Below are positions 42,188 through 53,375 of a stretch of 64,000 nucleotides of DNA, piece after piece. Each line of letters starts with the position of its first letter. The first letter of the stretch is position 1. This DNA comes from Naegleria gruberi (Eukaryota). The notes below the pieces were generated by a model. That model was not told the origin of the DNA, searched no databases, and was given only the letters and a program-made list of their open reading frames with translations. The DNA lies in assembly GCA_000004985.1 (NCBI GenBank), contig GG738846.1; one strand, given 5' to 3'. Position numbers and translations under genes: made by a program.

Positions 42188-42985
42188 TTAATTCTTCTTT
42201 TTGAGTTTGTGAGCTGTATTGAAAACTCCCTTTGTATTATTTCCACAACATTGACAATTAGGATTTTTACCAGCATTATATTTTTCCAATGCACATTTGC
42301 TACAGAAATAGTGTCCACATATCGTCACCACTGGATCATTGAAAGTCTTTTTACAAATAAAGCAAGCATGTGGCACTTGTTCCTCTCCTTCTGCTCTCAT
42401 ATCCTTGGTTGATTGAGCTTCCAATTTCTTTTTTTGTTCTTGTTCCCACTTTTTAGAATGCTCAATAGAGCTTACATGTTGTTCACGAACGTGAGCAAAT
42501 TTACAATTGTCTCCATAGCCACAAAAACCAGTCTCGTAATAGTCCTTGCATATGTCTGGTTGATAATCCATTCTACTGGTAACTCTGACACTCTTAGATA
42601 CTTTTGTAGGCCCTAGATCCTTCTTTTTCTTATTATCCAAATCATCAAATTCATTGACATTTGTTGAGGTTATTCTATCCATGTAAGTTTCGTCTTGTTT
42701 TTCTTCTCTATTGGCATTTATAATTGTTTGATGTATTCCTAGTTGTGCCTTTTTGTTTTGTTTCGTTGATACAGCAAGTATTGAATTGTTTGATTTCTCA
42801 TTCTTTCCACTATTAGTAGGTTTTAAATTATTCAATTCCACTTCCACTTCCTGAGCATGATTTGTTGCAATTTCCTCCAAAACTTGATTCATAGTACCCT
42901 CCTCATTGCCATCCTCTATTTTCTTCTTCTTCTCCGCACGTTGATTTTCAGTAGAGGCCTTGTTGGTTCTCTTTTTGATGATCAT
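42188..42985 (-). CDS. CCCH zinc finger plus RING finger splicing factor (Cwc24 / RNF113 family)
   Basis: CCCH CKDYYETGFCGYGDNCKFAH followed by RING CFICKKTFNDPVVTICGHYFCSKCALEKY..CQCCG. Basic, K-rich N-terminus. Confidence 0.7.
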   Translation of the reverse strand: MIIKKRTNKASTENQRAEKKKKIEDGNEEGTMNQVLEEIATNHAQEVEVELNNLKPTNSGKNEKSNNSILAVSTKQNKKAQLGIHQTIINANREEKQDETYMDRITSTNVNEFDDLDNKKKKDLGPTKVSKSVRVTSRMDYQPDICKDYYETGFCGYGDNCKFAHVREQHVSSIEHSKKWEQEQKKKLEAQSTKDMRAEGEEQVPHACFICKKTFNDPVVTICGHYFCSKCALEKYNAGKNPNCQCCGNNTKGVFNTAHKLKKKN

Positions 42986-43089
42986 TTTTTTTAATAATTC
43001 TTTTCCAATTTTTCACCACCAGGCCAAAGAGCACTACAGGTTCTATTTTTAATTTCTACTGCTTCAATTTATTCATCACTGTTTTTAAA

Positions 43090-44025
43090 TTAGGCTTTGG
43101 TCGTCTCAATTAAAGAGTTAAGGATACCTTCTGGATCAGTTGAAGTTGGATATTTGGCCATCAGTCTTTTGCAAATATCTTTCATTTGGTCATCCTTAAT
43201 AATCTCTTCGTTCAAAACTAATTTATGATAAATAGCGTTTCTTTCTTCATATACCTTATCTGCAAATACGCGAAACTTGTTGAATTCAATCAAAGAAATT
43301 GGTGCATAGAGATGTTTTCCCTCACTAATTAATTGTTCTGTAAAGTAATCTGCTCCAACATTATCAAGCAATTTCTTTAACAAGTTACCGGTAGATGAAA
43401 CCAACTGCTCACAATAATGAGGGATCAACTTGATAACCATCTTATTTAACTTCTTAACTTCTTTTTTAAGGGATTGTATTTCTTCTGCATGCTCTCTTCT
43501 AAGGGCTTGTATTTCTTCAGAATGCTCTCTTCTGAGGGCTTGTATTTCTTCTGCATGCTCTCTTATAAGGGCTTGTATTTCATCCGAATTCTCTTTCTTA
43601 TAATCGGATAGTTCTCTTTTAAGGGCTTGCATTTCTGCCATCAATTCTTTCCTAGTCTCAGCATTTTCTTTTCTGACGACTTGAATTTGTTCAAATAATA
43701 CATCCATTTTTTTCTTTTCCATACTGGTTTGTTCTTTCAATTCTTCATTCTCTTTCTTCAACTCTAGGTTTTCCTCACCTAATTCTAGGGATTTTTCAGT
43801 TGCTTCAAAGATAGTATTGCTGGAAGAAAGACAAACATCTAGAAGGTTTTTATAATTCCTTGTTTCCATAGAGTTTGAAGGAAACCCGAATAAACTTCCT
43901 TCTCCTTCTTTTGAGATGGTGTACAATTCAGAGGTGGTTAAATCTGTGCGAAGAACAGGTTCTTCGAACAGGATTGGATAAACAACTTCTTGGTGACTCA
44001 TATTGAACGAATTTTTTTTGTACAA
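43090..44025 (-). CDS. Coiled-coil protein with an internal 11-aa tandem repeat (EEIQALRREHA/S)
   Basis: 311 aa. Heptad-rich. 33-bp DNA tandem repeat at ~43455-43640. Confidence 0.5.
   Translation of the reverse strand: MYKKNSFNMSHQEVVYPILFEEPVLRTDLTTSELYTISKEGEGSLFGFPSNSMETRNYKNLLDVCLSSSNTIFEATEKSLELGEENLELKKENEELKEQTSMEKKKMDVLFEQIQVVRKENAETRKELMAEMQALKRELSDYKKENSDEIQALIREHAEEIQALRREHSEEIQALRREHAEEIQSLKKEVKKLNKMVIKLIPHYCEQLVSSTGNLLKKLLDNVGADYFTEQLISEGKHLYAPISLIEFNKFRVFADKVYEERNAIYHKLVLNEEIIKDDQMKDICKRLMAKYPTSTDPEGILNSLIETTKA
43455..43640. repeat. 33-bp tandem repeat (~5.5 units), coding
   Basis: Unit gcatgctctcttctaagggcttgtatttcttca, repeated with minor variation. Confidence 0.7.
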
Positions 44026-44287
44026 TATATTTCTTCAAGGTTTAAATCCTAAAGTTATTAATGTGCAATATGTATTGGTGCTTGTAACAGAACTCTACTT
44101 TAAAGTTTATAACATTAGACAATTAAGGCCACCTTTTAACTTTATCTTCTTCTAAGAGATTACAAAACATGTAAACCATGAACCAAAGCTCACCACAATG
44201 TTGGTACTTTTTTGTTGACATAAGTATAAAAAGATTGTTCATTAGTTTCACAGTGTTGTCTGTCTGGCAAGAGAAATTTAAATCAAC

Positions 44288-46430
44288 ATGATACACAAAA
44301 AAATGTCTTCAAATAATTTGCTACTTGTTGGGAGTGGAATAGGAGGTGGTGGATTTTTACTTGTTTATTTGGCACAAAAATTATATAATCATTTTAATTC
44401 ATCATCACCATCATCTATTACTACTACTACTACTGCTAATTCCGAAGAAAATAATTCGTTATATAATTTATCCTATTTGATGAATGAAATATTCCCTTTT
44501 CACTTTCTTCCCGATAATTCAAATAGTGGATCAACAGTGTTTGTTGAAATGAAATTAAATGATAAGAAGAAATTAAATCAATTAATTAGTCTTTTGAGAG
44601 ATTATAATACATGTAAACAGGCTATTTTCAAGGAAATGTTATTTCATAAACTTGCACGAATAATCAAGCCAGATACTACTTTGGAGGATGTTAATAGTAA
44701 GGAGTTTTTCAAGAGGGAGAAACAGATTCATACTTGTTTGTGGATTTTATTGCATTGTTTAGTTTTGGTTGGAAATGATTCAATTGATGTCTTGCTTTCA
44801 ATTTTTAGATTGGATGATTTTTATCAATTCTTTATGGAAAAGGATTTTACAAAACACCAAGCAATGAAAATATTCAATTTAAAAGGTGATTCAGTATTCA
44901 ATGCAAGTGAATCATTCTTGTTTTCCATTGATATTATTTGGTTGGCATATGCAATTTTAGGTCACTTGTATTGTCAATCATTGAATAGCGAGGAGAAGAA
45001 TAATTTGCAATATTCGAAAAAGCATTTGGAGGTTTTACAAATTAATAAGGAAATGTTTGAACAATTGCTTTATTTATCGCCTTCTGGAGTGAATAATTCA
45101 AAACAAGAGGGAGAAAGATACAAGAGGAATATCTTATTTACAAGTGATAATCAAATTGGATACGATAATTTAGTTAAATTTTTAAATACTACAAACTTAT
45201 TGATGAGATGTGATGACAATACTCTAGTTCAACTATCATTATCAATATTTGGCCAACTAGTTGCCAATGTACAGGATGAAAATGTAATTTTGAAGAATTT
45301 CAATGTAAGTTTGAGTTTATGAATTTTTGAGATTTAATATTCATAGTTTTTAAAAAACACTGAACATTTATTGCTATGTACCGATGAGAATGTTATTCTT
45401 TCCCTAGGAAAATGTATTTTCACTCTATTTATCAAGAATGTTGCTATAATTTCAAATATTGTTAATAATCCTAAAATTGTGAATGAAATTATTTATTGGT
45501 CTCTTAATTCACAACAATCATCAACTAGAATTCAATGTAAGTGTTTATATTAATTAATTTTAAATTTAACATTGTAAAGACATGAATATATTGTACATTT
45601 TAATATTACAAAGCGAGAAATTTACTATTCAAGCTATCACCAATCCTAAAATTAACATTCTTGGAAATATTCACAATTTAATTACCAAATCAGATCCAAT
45701 ATTAGAATTTGTTTTAGTGCAATTAATTTATGGAATTTCTACTCATCCATCCTGTCACAAATTTATTATCGAATTTCATCATGAAAAACTTAATTTTGTA
45801 ACCATATTGAAAAACTTGACATTTTCCAAGCACTCACTCATTCGATACTATTGTATAATGATCTGGAGTAATTTATTGACCATGTACACAAAGAGTTCAG
45901 AACAAGTGAATTATGAGAAAATTTATGACAATAGATTCACAAGATACTTGTGTAAAAATGAACAAGTACTCAATTTAATCATGTTTTCATTTAAGGAGGA
46001 GAAGGAATTACTATTGAAGAAATCAATAACTAATTTGTTGAAAGATATTTGTTCATTCAGACAAAACGATTATGAACGCATCATACTATTTGAGCATTTT
46101 AATTTGTTATTTGAATGTGTGGATTTATTACACTTTCAAGTGAACTATTTGATGGATGTTTATCAGAACAGGGATGGACAATTGGTTGAATCTGCAGAGA
46201 TGGAGACAGTCGAAGGAAGTTTACAATTATCACTTGCATTATTCCATCTCATCACTACCATCGTACGAATGTCTCCAGACTCTAATAATGAAACATTGGA
46301 CATTTTACTTAATCAGTACCAAATCAAGAGGTACATTACTGATCTACTTTTTATTTTACAAAAACGTGGAGATAATAAGAATGTTACAATAATTTCAACC
46401 TTGTCAAATTCAATTTTTAAACTTTCCTAA
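44288..46430 (+). CDS. Hypothetical large protein (~690 aa). 3 exons: 44288-45308, about 45351-45544, about 45581-46430.
   Basis: Three track ORFs joined in frame by introns gtaagtttgag...catag and gtaagtgttt...gtaaag. Helical-repeat-like composition. Possible N-terminal TM or signal anchor (LLLVGSGIGGGGFLLVYLAQ). Confidence 0.5.
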
Positions 46431-46453
46431 TATACTATAATTAATCAAAATTG

Positions 46454-47659
46454 TTACTCTATTATACAATTACTGTTTCTCTTGTTGGGTATCGTTCCGT
46501 TATCGCTGTTAGGTGAGCCAGTTGTTGGCGATCTAGGCATGTATCTCACTAATTGCGACAGGGAATATTTACAGCTGTATGATATTGCTGTTTCTATTAA
46601 ATCGTGTGAGAAATGTTTCAAAACCGAAAACTTACCAATGCACTTCTTAACACCTTGTCCTGATTTAGCAGAAGTTTCAATATATCCAACACAATTACCA
46701 ATCTTGTTGGCCAATGCCACTCCTTCATCAAATGTGACCACTCCATACTTTGAAAATTTAGAATCGATATAATATTTGAGTGAACCTGATTCGTTGATAT
46801 TCGATATTCTCAAATCCAATTTGGTTCCACATAAAAGGATTGGAACATTTGGTGCACATAAATTTAATTCTCTTATCCAAATATTTAAAACATTTTGAAA
46901 GCTCGATGTGTTCATTAAATCAAAACAACATATAAACAAGTCACATCCTGTATAACTCAGAGGTCTATCAATTTGATTTTAAAGCAACATTTCAATAAAA
47001 ACATACCTTATTTTGTCATAATCTTCTGATCCAGCAGTATCTATAATAGTGACAGCCCATGTCTTGTTATCAAATGTTGAATATGTTGTAAAATTATCAA
47101 AAATAGTTGGAAGATATTGATCTGATAAAAATTCATCATTGGCAAACCTCCCCAACAATGAAGTCTTTCCAACAGCACCTATAAATAATGAATTATTTAC
47201 AAAAATAATTATTAACCAAGAAACTTACCATCTCCAACCACTTTGTCAACAAAAAGTTATTGTAAAAAACATAACAAGCCCCTACTTACCCACAATTTTA
47301 ACAGGCATTGATTGATTAACTGCACTTGAAGGTGAAATACTCAAGACATTTTCCTCACTACCAGTAGAAACTAGAGCTGAATTTAAATGATTTGCACTGT
47401 TATTACCATTATTAGAAGTGGAGTTTCCATTATTATTATTGGGTGAATGGAAGAAAATGTAATCTTCTTTACTCCACGGTGACTTTTTAAATTTGATATC
47501 TTTTTTCTCGAATGATCCTGTTTTTAACAATATAAAATCATTATACACAATTTCTGAATAAATATTTTTGAATTTTGTAATCTTGTTTCGTCTATTATTT
47601 GATTTTTGCATTTTCTGAGTTTCATTTGGATAAATCATTGAACAAACTGTCCCAAGCAT
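46454..47659 (-). CDS. Atypical Rho/Rac-family small GTPase with a ~115-aa N/S-rich N-terminal extension. 4 exons: 47290-47659, a 12-nt micro-exon at 47229-47240, 47007-47222, 46454-46964.
   Basis: Spliced product ..[40 protein letters not shown]...IIDTAGSEDYDKIRPLSY...LLCGTKLDL...ETSAKSGQGV. The Rho-type DTAGQEDY motif reads DTAGSEDY here (catalytic Gln to Ser). C-terminus ..NCIIE. Introns gtaagtagggg...caaag (49 nt), gtaagtttc..., gtatgttttt...gatag (42 nt). Confidence 0.6.
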
Positions 47660-47759
47660 ATATTAGTACAAATTATCGTGTGAATTTATCATCATTATTA
47701 AAATTATCAAATATATAAAAAGGCACACACATATTTCAAAGTAATTATTATAAATATGA

Positions 47760-48476
47760 TTAAATTAAATGTGTGTAAATAAAATCATTACCTTGTTCCC
47801 ATAAAATTTCATCTTCACAAGCTCTGTACCAACTCTTACAAACCAAACAAACTCTATAAAATGAAATTCCATTCAAATATGTAAATATTTTAATCAAAAT
47901 TTCATTTGGTAAATCAGATGCCAAACCATATAAATTTCTCATTGATCCATTTTCATCCAATCCAATCAACATTTGATTAGAAATTACATTTCCATGTATC
48001 GTAATTCTCCTATCATCATCCAATGTTCTCATTGAAACGACAGAATTTGCATACTTGACACTACTATTTCTCTTCTGACCAAATAAACCCTTCCTACTTC
48101 GATGAGATTTTACATATTTTGCAGGTGATGATGATGGTGAAGATGTTGGTGGTATTGTTGAAGCATTTATGGATGATGGTGATGATGATGATGAATTAAA
48201 TGAAGAAATTATATTATTCGAATTGGATGAAGAATTTAATGATGATGGAATGCTCACATCACTACTAGTGGTCAATGACAATCCGGGAATGTTCAAATTG
48301 TTATAATTATGATTGGTGGTAGTTATGTGAGGATTGGTAGAAGGAGAAAGTTGCCGAATGTTCGTTGTTGTGGTTGTTGGTGGTGATGTGTTGTTGTTGT
48401 TATTGATGGTGGACTTTCCACCTCCAACAATCAACATTTTTTCTTCTATTTTTATTAAACAAGTGACAATTTCCAT
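47760..48476 (-). CDS. F-box protein (F-box at the C-terminal end of this ORF); possibly the 5' exon of the downstream Rho GTPase gene
   Basis: ATG at 48474-48476. S/N/T-rich low-complexity region, then LPNEILIKIFTYLNGISFYRVCLVCKSWYRACEDEILWEQ (F-box). A GTAATG donor directly follows ..WEQ. Confidence 0.55.
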   Translation of the reverse strand: MEIVTCLIKIEEKMLIVGGGKSTINNNNNTSPPTTTTTNIRQLSPSTNPHITTTNHNYNNLNIPGLSLTTSSDVSIPSSLNSSSNSNNIISSFNSSSSSPSSINASTIPPTSSPSSSPAKYVKSHRSRKGLFGQKRNSSVKYANSVVSMRTLDDDRRITIHGNVISNQMLIGLDENGSMRNLYGLASDLPNEILIKIFTYLNGISFYRVCLVCKSWYRACEDEILWEQGNDFIYTHLI

Positions 48477-48854
48477 CCTTTGAGAAATTTAAAGAATCTT
48501 TTTTATAACAAAGAAAGAAAATGGAACAACAACCTCTAAAATATATTGAAAAACTTATATTTTGTATTGTTTGTTACCTTGTTTCAAATATTATTCTTTC
48601 TTTTTACACAAAGGATCTGATGAAATAGTTCATCTTCATTACTGTTTGATATTAATATAGGAAGAAAAGTGGCTGGGTCTTTCATTTCTGGAGAGAGCAT
48701 TAAATGCACCACTATTAAAATATCATTTCTTTACAATAAAAATTCAACATCAAGTTCATATATTGTATTAAGGCTATTTTTTTGACCGTTTCAATTTGTT
48801 CACGACTTTATCCTAATAATTGGTGGGGCAGTGGTGAATATTCAACGGTTTAAC

Positions 48855-48863
48855 TTTCCCGCG
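48855..48863. promoter_or_regulatory. E2F consensus TTTCCCGCG in a GC-richer intergenic block between the F-box gene (-) and the PMCA gene (+)
   Basis: tttcccgcg; a TTTSSCGC match. Confidence 0.3.
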
Positions 48864-49063
48864 TTACACAACTGCACGATAAATACGTAAATTCTCTAAA
48901 AAAAAAGCCTTAATACACTCCCAAGCTCACTTGTTATTAGTCAGCACAAATATTGGATAATTGCTTCTGTTAAAATTATTTAATATTATCGCATCACAAG
49001 TATAACTTGCTTGTCCACTAGTATTTACACTTTTTAGGGAGTGTAATAGGTTTAACTTATTCC

Positions 49064-52000
49064 ATGGAATCATCGTATCATCAACAAGAAAAATCCGCAG
49101 AAGAAAACAAAGGTGCACATTTTGTACAACGTTCCTCAAGTAAAAACATGAACACTAAAGATGATTCTCACCATAAGGCTTCCAGTATGAGTAATGGCTC
49201 TTTTGGTCTTACAGTGGAGGAATTAACGGAGATGCATCAAACTAAAAACCTAAATATCTTATCCCAATGGGGAGGATTCACAGGTCTATCGAAACTCTTA
49301 CGAACAGACCTCAAAAGAGGTATTGATTGGGATAAAGAGGGAGACTTTGAAGAAAGAATTAATACCTTTGGCATCAACGTCTATCCCGAACCACCTGCTA
49401 GAAGTCTTATTAGAATATTCTTTGACTCGCTTAATGATACAACACTAATTATTCTTCTGGTATTTGCTTTCTTTTCTATGGTTTTCGGTGTTGCTTTCCC
49501 AGATGAAGAGGAGGAAAGACCATATGGTTGGATTGAAGGCTGTGCAATTTTGTTGGCTGTAGCTATTGTTACAACTGTAGTTACTGTAAATGACTACTCT
49601 AAGGAAAGAAAGTTTAGATCACTCACAAAAGAGTCTAAGAAAGTTCAAGTCAAAGTAATTAGAAATGGAAACAATCACAGTATTCTTGTAGACAGTATCC
49701 TTGTCGGCGATATTGTTGAAATTGAACAAGGTGATGGTATTCCAGGTGACGGACTGTGTATTGAATCAAATCAGTTAAAAACGGACGAATCTGTCATGAC
49801 AGGCGAACCTGATCTCATTAAGAAAAATACCACAGAAAGTCCATTCTTACTCAGTGGTTGTACAGTTGCTGAAGGATCTGGTAAAATGATTATTGTTGGT
49901 ATTGGTGTAAATAGTGAATGGGGAAGAACTCTTCAAAGTTTAAAGGAGGCTGATGAAGATAAGGGAGAAACCCCACTCGAACAAAAGCTAGACCAACTCT
50001 CTGTAAATATTGGTAAGGTGGGTATGCTCTTTGCTGCCTGTACTCTAGTGGTCCTTCTAATTGGTTATTGGATTAAAAAGTTAATGTACACCACAACATG
50101 GAATGATTCAACAAATGGATTTGAAGAAGCATGGGCTGATAAGAATATTGTTGAAATTGTCAAGTTCTTTGTCATTGCTTTAACCATTATTGTTGTTGCT
50201 GTTCCTGAAGGTTTACCATTGGCTGTCACTATTGCTTTAGCTTACTCTGTGCGTAAAATGATGAAAGACCAAAACTTGGTTCGTCACTTGGCGGCTTGTG
50301 AAACCATGGGAGGAGCAAACAATATTTGCTCCGACAAGACTGGTACACTTACTTTGAATCAAATGAGAGTGACCCATGCTTACTTTGGAGGTCGTTATTT
50401 TGGAGATCAGCTTGGATCGTTATTATCCACCCTGAGCTCAAACATTCTTCAAATTTTGATTGATGGTATTGTGGTAAATTCCAAAGCAAATCTTGTAAAG
50501 AATGAAGATAATAAGAATAAGGAGTATGCCACTCAGGGAAGTAAAACGGAGGCAGCTCTTTTGCTTTTGATTGTCAAACATCTCAATCAAACAATCGATT
50601 CCTACAGAGAACGAAGATCAGACCTGATGAGCGAAGAAAGAGGATGTCATTTGCAACTTCCATTCTCATCCAAGCTCAAAAGAATGAGTACCTTAATTCC
50701 AAATCCTGATGGAGATACAAAATATAGGTTATTTACAAAGGGTGCCTCTGAAATTGTTGTCAAACTTTGCTCTAAATATATGAGATCAGATGGAAGTCTT
50801 GAGACTATGACTAAGGAAAAAGAACAAGAAATTGTGCGTTACATTGAAGAAATGGCCAATCAAGGCCTCAGAACAATCTGTCTTGCATATAGAGATGTAA
50901 ATCCAGAGGTTGATTTTTCTTCAAGGGAGGAAGAAACAACATATCTTGATAACTTGGATCCAGTAAGTTTGGAAGAAAATCTCATCTGTATTGGTGTTGT
51001 TGGTATTAAGGATCCTCTCAGACCAGAAGTCCCAGCAGCTATTGCCCAATGTAAAAAATCTGGTATTATTGTTAGAATGGTTACTGGTGACAATATTCTT
51101 ACTGCCAAATATATTGCTAGGGAATGTGGTATCTTGAGCAAGGATGGTATTGCCATTGAAGGTCCTGATTTTAGAAAAATGACTCCAGAACAAGTTCATG
51201 AAATTCTTCCAAGACTCCAAGTTATGGCTAGAAGTTCTCCAACAGATAAGTATAATCTTGTCAAATATTTAAAGAAGAGAGGTGATGTAGTTGCTGTCAC
51301 AGGAGACGGTACTAATGATGCTCCTGCTCTTAAAGAGGCTGATGTTGGTTTGAGTATGGGTTTGAGTGGAACTCAAGTTGCTAAGGAAGCATCAGATATC
51401 ATTATTCTAGATGACAATTTTTCTTCAATTGTGAAAAGCGTTTTGTGGGGCAGATCTATCTTTGAAAATATCAGAAAGTTCTTAACCTTCCAATTGACTG
51501 TCAATATTGTTGCCTTGGTTTTGACCATTGTTTGTGCTATCAGCTCAACTTTTGTTAACCACTCGGGTGGATTTAAGCCTCCTCTCAGTCCTGTGCAAAT
51601 GTTGTGGATTAACTTGATCATGGACACCTTTGCAGCTCTTGCGCTCGCCACTGAACCCCCAATCCCTGAATTGTTGGACAGAAAACCTCATGGAAGAAAA
51701 GAAGGTCTAATAACCGTTAAGATGTGGATCTTTTTGATTGCCCAGGCTGTTTTCCAACTTACTGTTTTGTTTGTACTTTACTATGGTGCTAAGACATACA
51801 GAGCTGGTTCATTCTCCTTCGCAAGAGATGATGATGAAGTAAGAACTGTTGTTTTCAATGCATTCGTGTTTTGTCAAGTATTCAATGAGTACAATGCAAG
51901 AAAGATCAATTTTGAGTACAATATCTTTTCAGGATTGCACAAGAGTATCATGTTTGTTGTTATCAGTGTAATTATTATTGTTTTGCAAATTTTAATGGTA

Positions 52001-52258
52001 AATTTTGCATACTATGACCCTTCATTGCTTGCCACAGGAAAGGCTGATGGCACTCACCCATCTAACTTTACTCAAACCATTCCACTCAACTGGTATCAAT
52101 GGTGCTTGACTGTTTCCATTGGTTTTCTTGGTATCCCATATGGATATGTTATTAGATTTGTTGCTAGAATTATTTTTGCAATTATTGAAAGAAAGAGAAA
52201 GAACAAAGTTTTTGATGAGCAATCTGAAACCGTTACTACTCCAGACAGTGATTTTTAA
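49064..52258 (+). CDS. Plasma-membrane-type calcium-transporting P-type ATPase (PMCA, type IIB)
   Basis: 1064 aa, single exon. Motifs TGES-like (MTGEPD), ICSDKTGTLT (phospho-Asp), KGASE, TGDN, GDGTNDAPALKEADVG, 10 TM segments. ATG verified at 49064. Confidence 0.9.
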   Translation: MESSYHQQEKSAEENKGAHFVQRSSSKNMNTKDDSHHKASSMSNGSFGLTVEELTEMHQTKNLNILSQWGGFTGLSKLLRTDLKRGIDWDKEGDFEERINTFGINVYPEPPARSLIRIFFDSLNDTTLIILLVFAFFSMVFGVAFPDEEEERPYGWIEGCAILLAVAIVTTVVTVNDYSKERKFRSLTKESKKVQVKVIRNGNNHSILVDSILVGDIVEIEQGDGIPGDGLCIESNQLKTDESVMTGEPDLIKKNTTESPFLLSGCTVAEGSGKMIIVGIGVNSEWGRTLQSLKEADEDKGETPLEQKLDQLSVNIGKVGMLFAACTLVVLLIGYWIKKLMYTTTWNDSTNGFEEAWADKNIVEIVKFFVIALTIIVVAVPEGLPLAVTIALAYSVRKMMKDQNLVRHLAACETMGGANNICSDKTGTLTLNQMRVTHAYFGGRYFGDQLGSLLSTLSSNILQILIDGIVVNSKANLVKNEDNKNKEYATQGSKTEAALLLLIVKHLNQTIDSYRERRSDLMSEERGCHLQLPFSSKLKRMSTLIPNPDGDTKYRLFTKGASEIVVKLCSKYMRSDGSLETMTKEKEQEIVRYIEEMANQGLRTICLAYRDVNPEVDFSSREEETTYLDNLDPVSLEENLICIGVVGIKDPLRPEVPAAIAQCKKSGIIVRMVTGDNILTAKYIARECGILSKDGIAIEGPDFRKMTPEQVHEILPRLQVMARSSPTDKYNLVKYLKKRGDVVAVTGDGTNDAPALKEADVGLSMGLSGTQVAKEASDIIILDDNFSSIVKSVLWGRSIFENIRKFLTFQLTVNIVALVLTIVCAISSTFVNHSGGFKPPLSPVQMLWINLIMDTFAALALATEPPIPELLDRKPHGRKEGLITVKMWIFLIAQAVFQLTVLFVLYYGAKTYRAGSFSFARDDDEVRTVVFNAFVFCQVFNEYNARKINFEYNIFSGLHKSIMFVVISVIIIVLQILMVNFAYYDPSLLATGKADGTHPSNFTQTIPLNWYQWCLTVSIGFLGIPYGYVIRFVARIIFAIIERKRKNKVFDEQSETVTTPDSDF

Positions 52259-52415
52259 TAAATTGAAAATGTACATAATTTCATTTCTCTTATTACATGA
52301 AGTGTTGTTTCACACATTTTAATTTGATTTTAGAAACACGTGTTTTTCATTCCTTTTTCTTGATGCAGTCCTTCCAATAAAAGCGATTGGTCTATTTAAA
52401 TCTCTTTAAAAAAAA

Positions 52416-53375
52416 ATGAGCACCAACACTGCTGAGCCACCTACAGAGGTAACAGGAACAAAAACTGGTGGTGTTGAACAAGTCTCACCAAATAAAACAA
52501 CACAAAGCGGATCATCATCTGTTGTAAATAAGAGTCATCATGGCATAAAAAGAATTATGAGTGAGATGAGAGAATTACAAAAAAATCCATCACCCGAATA
52601 TGAAGCACATCCTCTTGAAGATAATTTATTTGAATGGCACTTTACTATAGCTGGACCAAAAGAAAGTGCTTTTGAAGGAGGTATTTATCATGGTAGAATT
52701 ATTCTTCCACCTGAATATCCTCACAAACCACCAGATATTGTATTATTAACTCCCAGTGGAAGATTTGAAGTAAATACAAAGATTTGCCTCTCACTCACTT
52801 CCTATCACCCTGAAAGTTGGACACCACAATGGGGTATTAGAACTGTACTAATTGCACTACAAGGATTTTTCCCAACCGAAGCCAAAGGTATTGGAAGTAT
52901 TGATTATCCAGACAGTGTCAGAAAACGAATGGCCAATCAATCTAGAAAATGGAAATGTGATGTATGTGGAACTTGTAATGATGAAGTACTCAAGACACCC
53001 CAAGTTGTAGCATCATCATCTAGTAATAATACCAATTCAAATACAACTACTGCTACTATTACTACTAACAATACGAGTGAAACTATACAAACATCTACCT
53101 CAATAATTGAGGAATCAACATGTGAGGAAAAACGTTGTTGTAATAATACTGATCACACTCACCATCATTACGAAAATAAGGTTGTATCACGTGGAGGTCC
53201 AACACCACAACCAGCCACAACCACAAAACCGTCTGTACAAAAAAGTGGAGAATCAAACACAAAAACAGTACCAAAAAAGTCAACTGTTTGGATATTGGAT
53301 TTATTAATAGTGTTGGTAGCAATACTTATATCATATATTGTGTATATTAGATATTCTTCTTCTGGAAGGAGATGA
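52416..53375 (+). CDS. Ubiquitin-conjugating enzyme E2, UBC6/UBE2J type (tail-anchored ER E2)
   Basis: UBC fold with the Ubc6-type catalytic region (HPLEDNLFEWHFTIAGPKESAFEGGIYHGRIILPPEYPHKPPDIVLLTPSGRFEVNTKICLS). T/N-rich linker. C-terminal TM VWILDLLIVLVAILISYIVYI. Confidence 0.75.
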   Translation: MSTNTAEPPTEVTGTKTGGVEQVSPNKTTQSGSSSVVNKSHHGIKRIMSEMRELQKNPSPEYEAHPLEDNLFEWHFTIAGPKESAFEGGIYHGRIILPPEYPHKPPDIVLLTPSGRFEVNTKICLSLTSYHPESWTPQWGIRTVLIALQGFFPTEAKGIGSIDYPDSVRKRMANQSRKWKCDVCGTCNDEVLKTPQVVASSSSNNTNSNTTTATITTNNTSETIQTSTSIIEESTCEEKRCCNNTDHTHHHYENKVVSRGGPTPQPATTTKPSVQKSGESNTKTVPKKSTVWILDLLIVLVAILISYIVYIRYSSSGRR

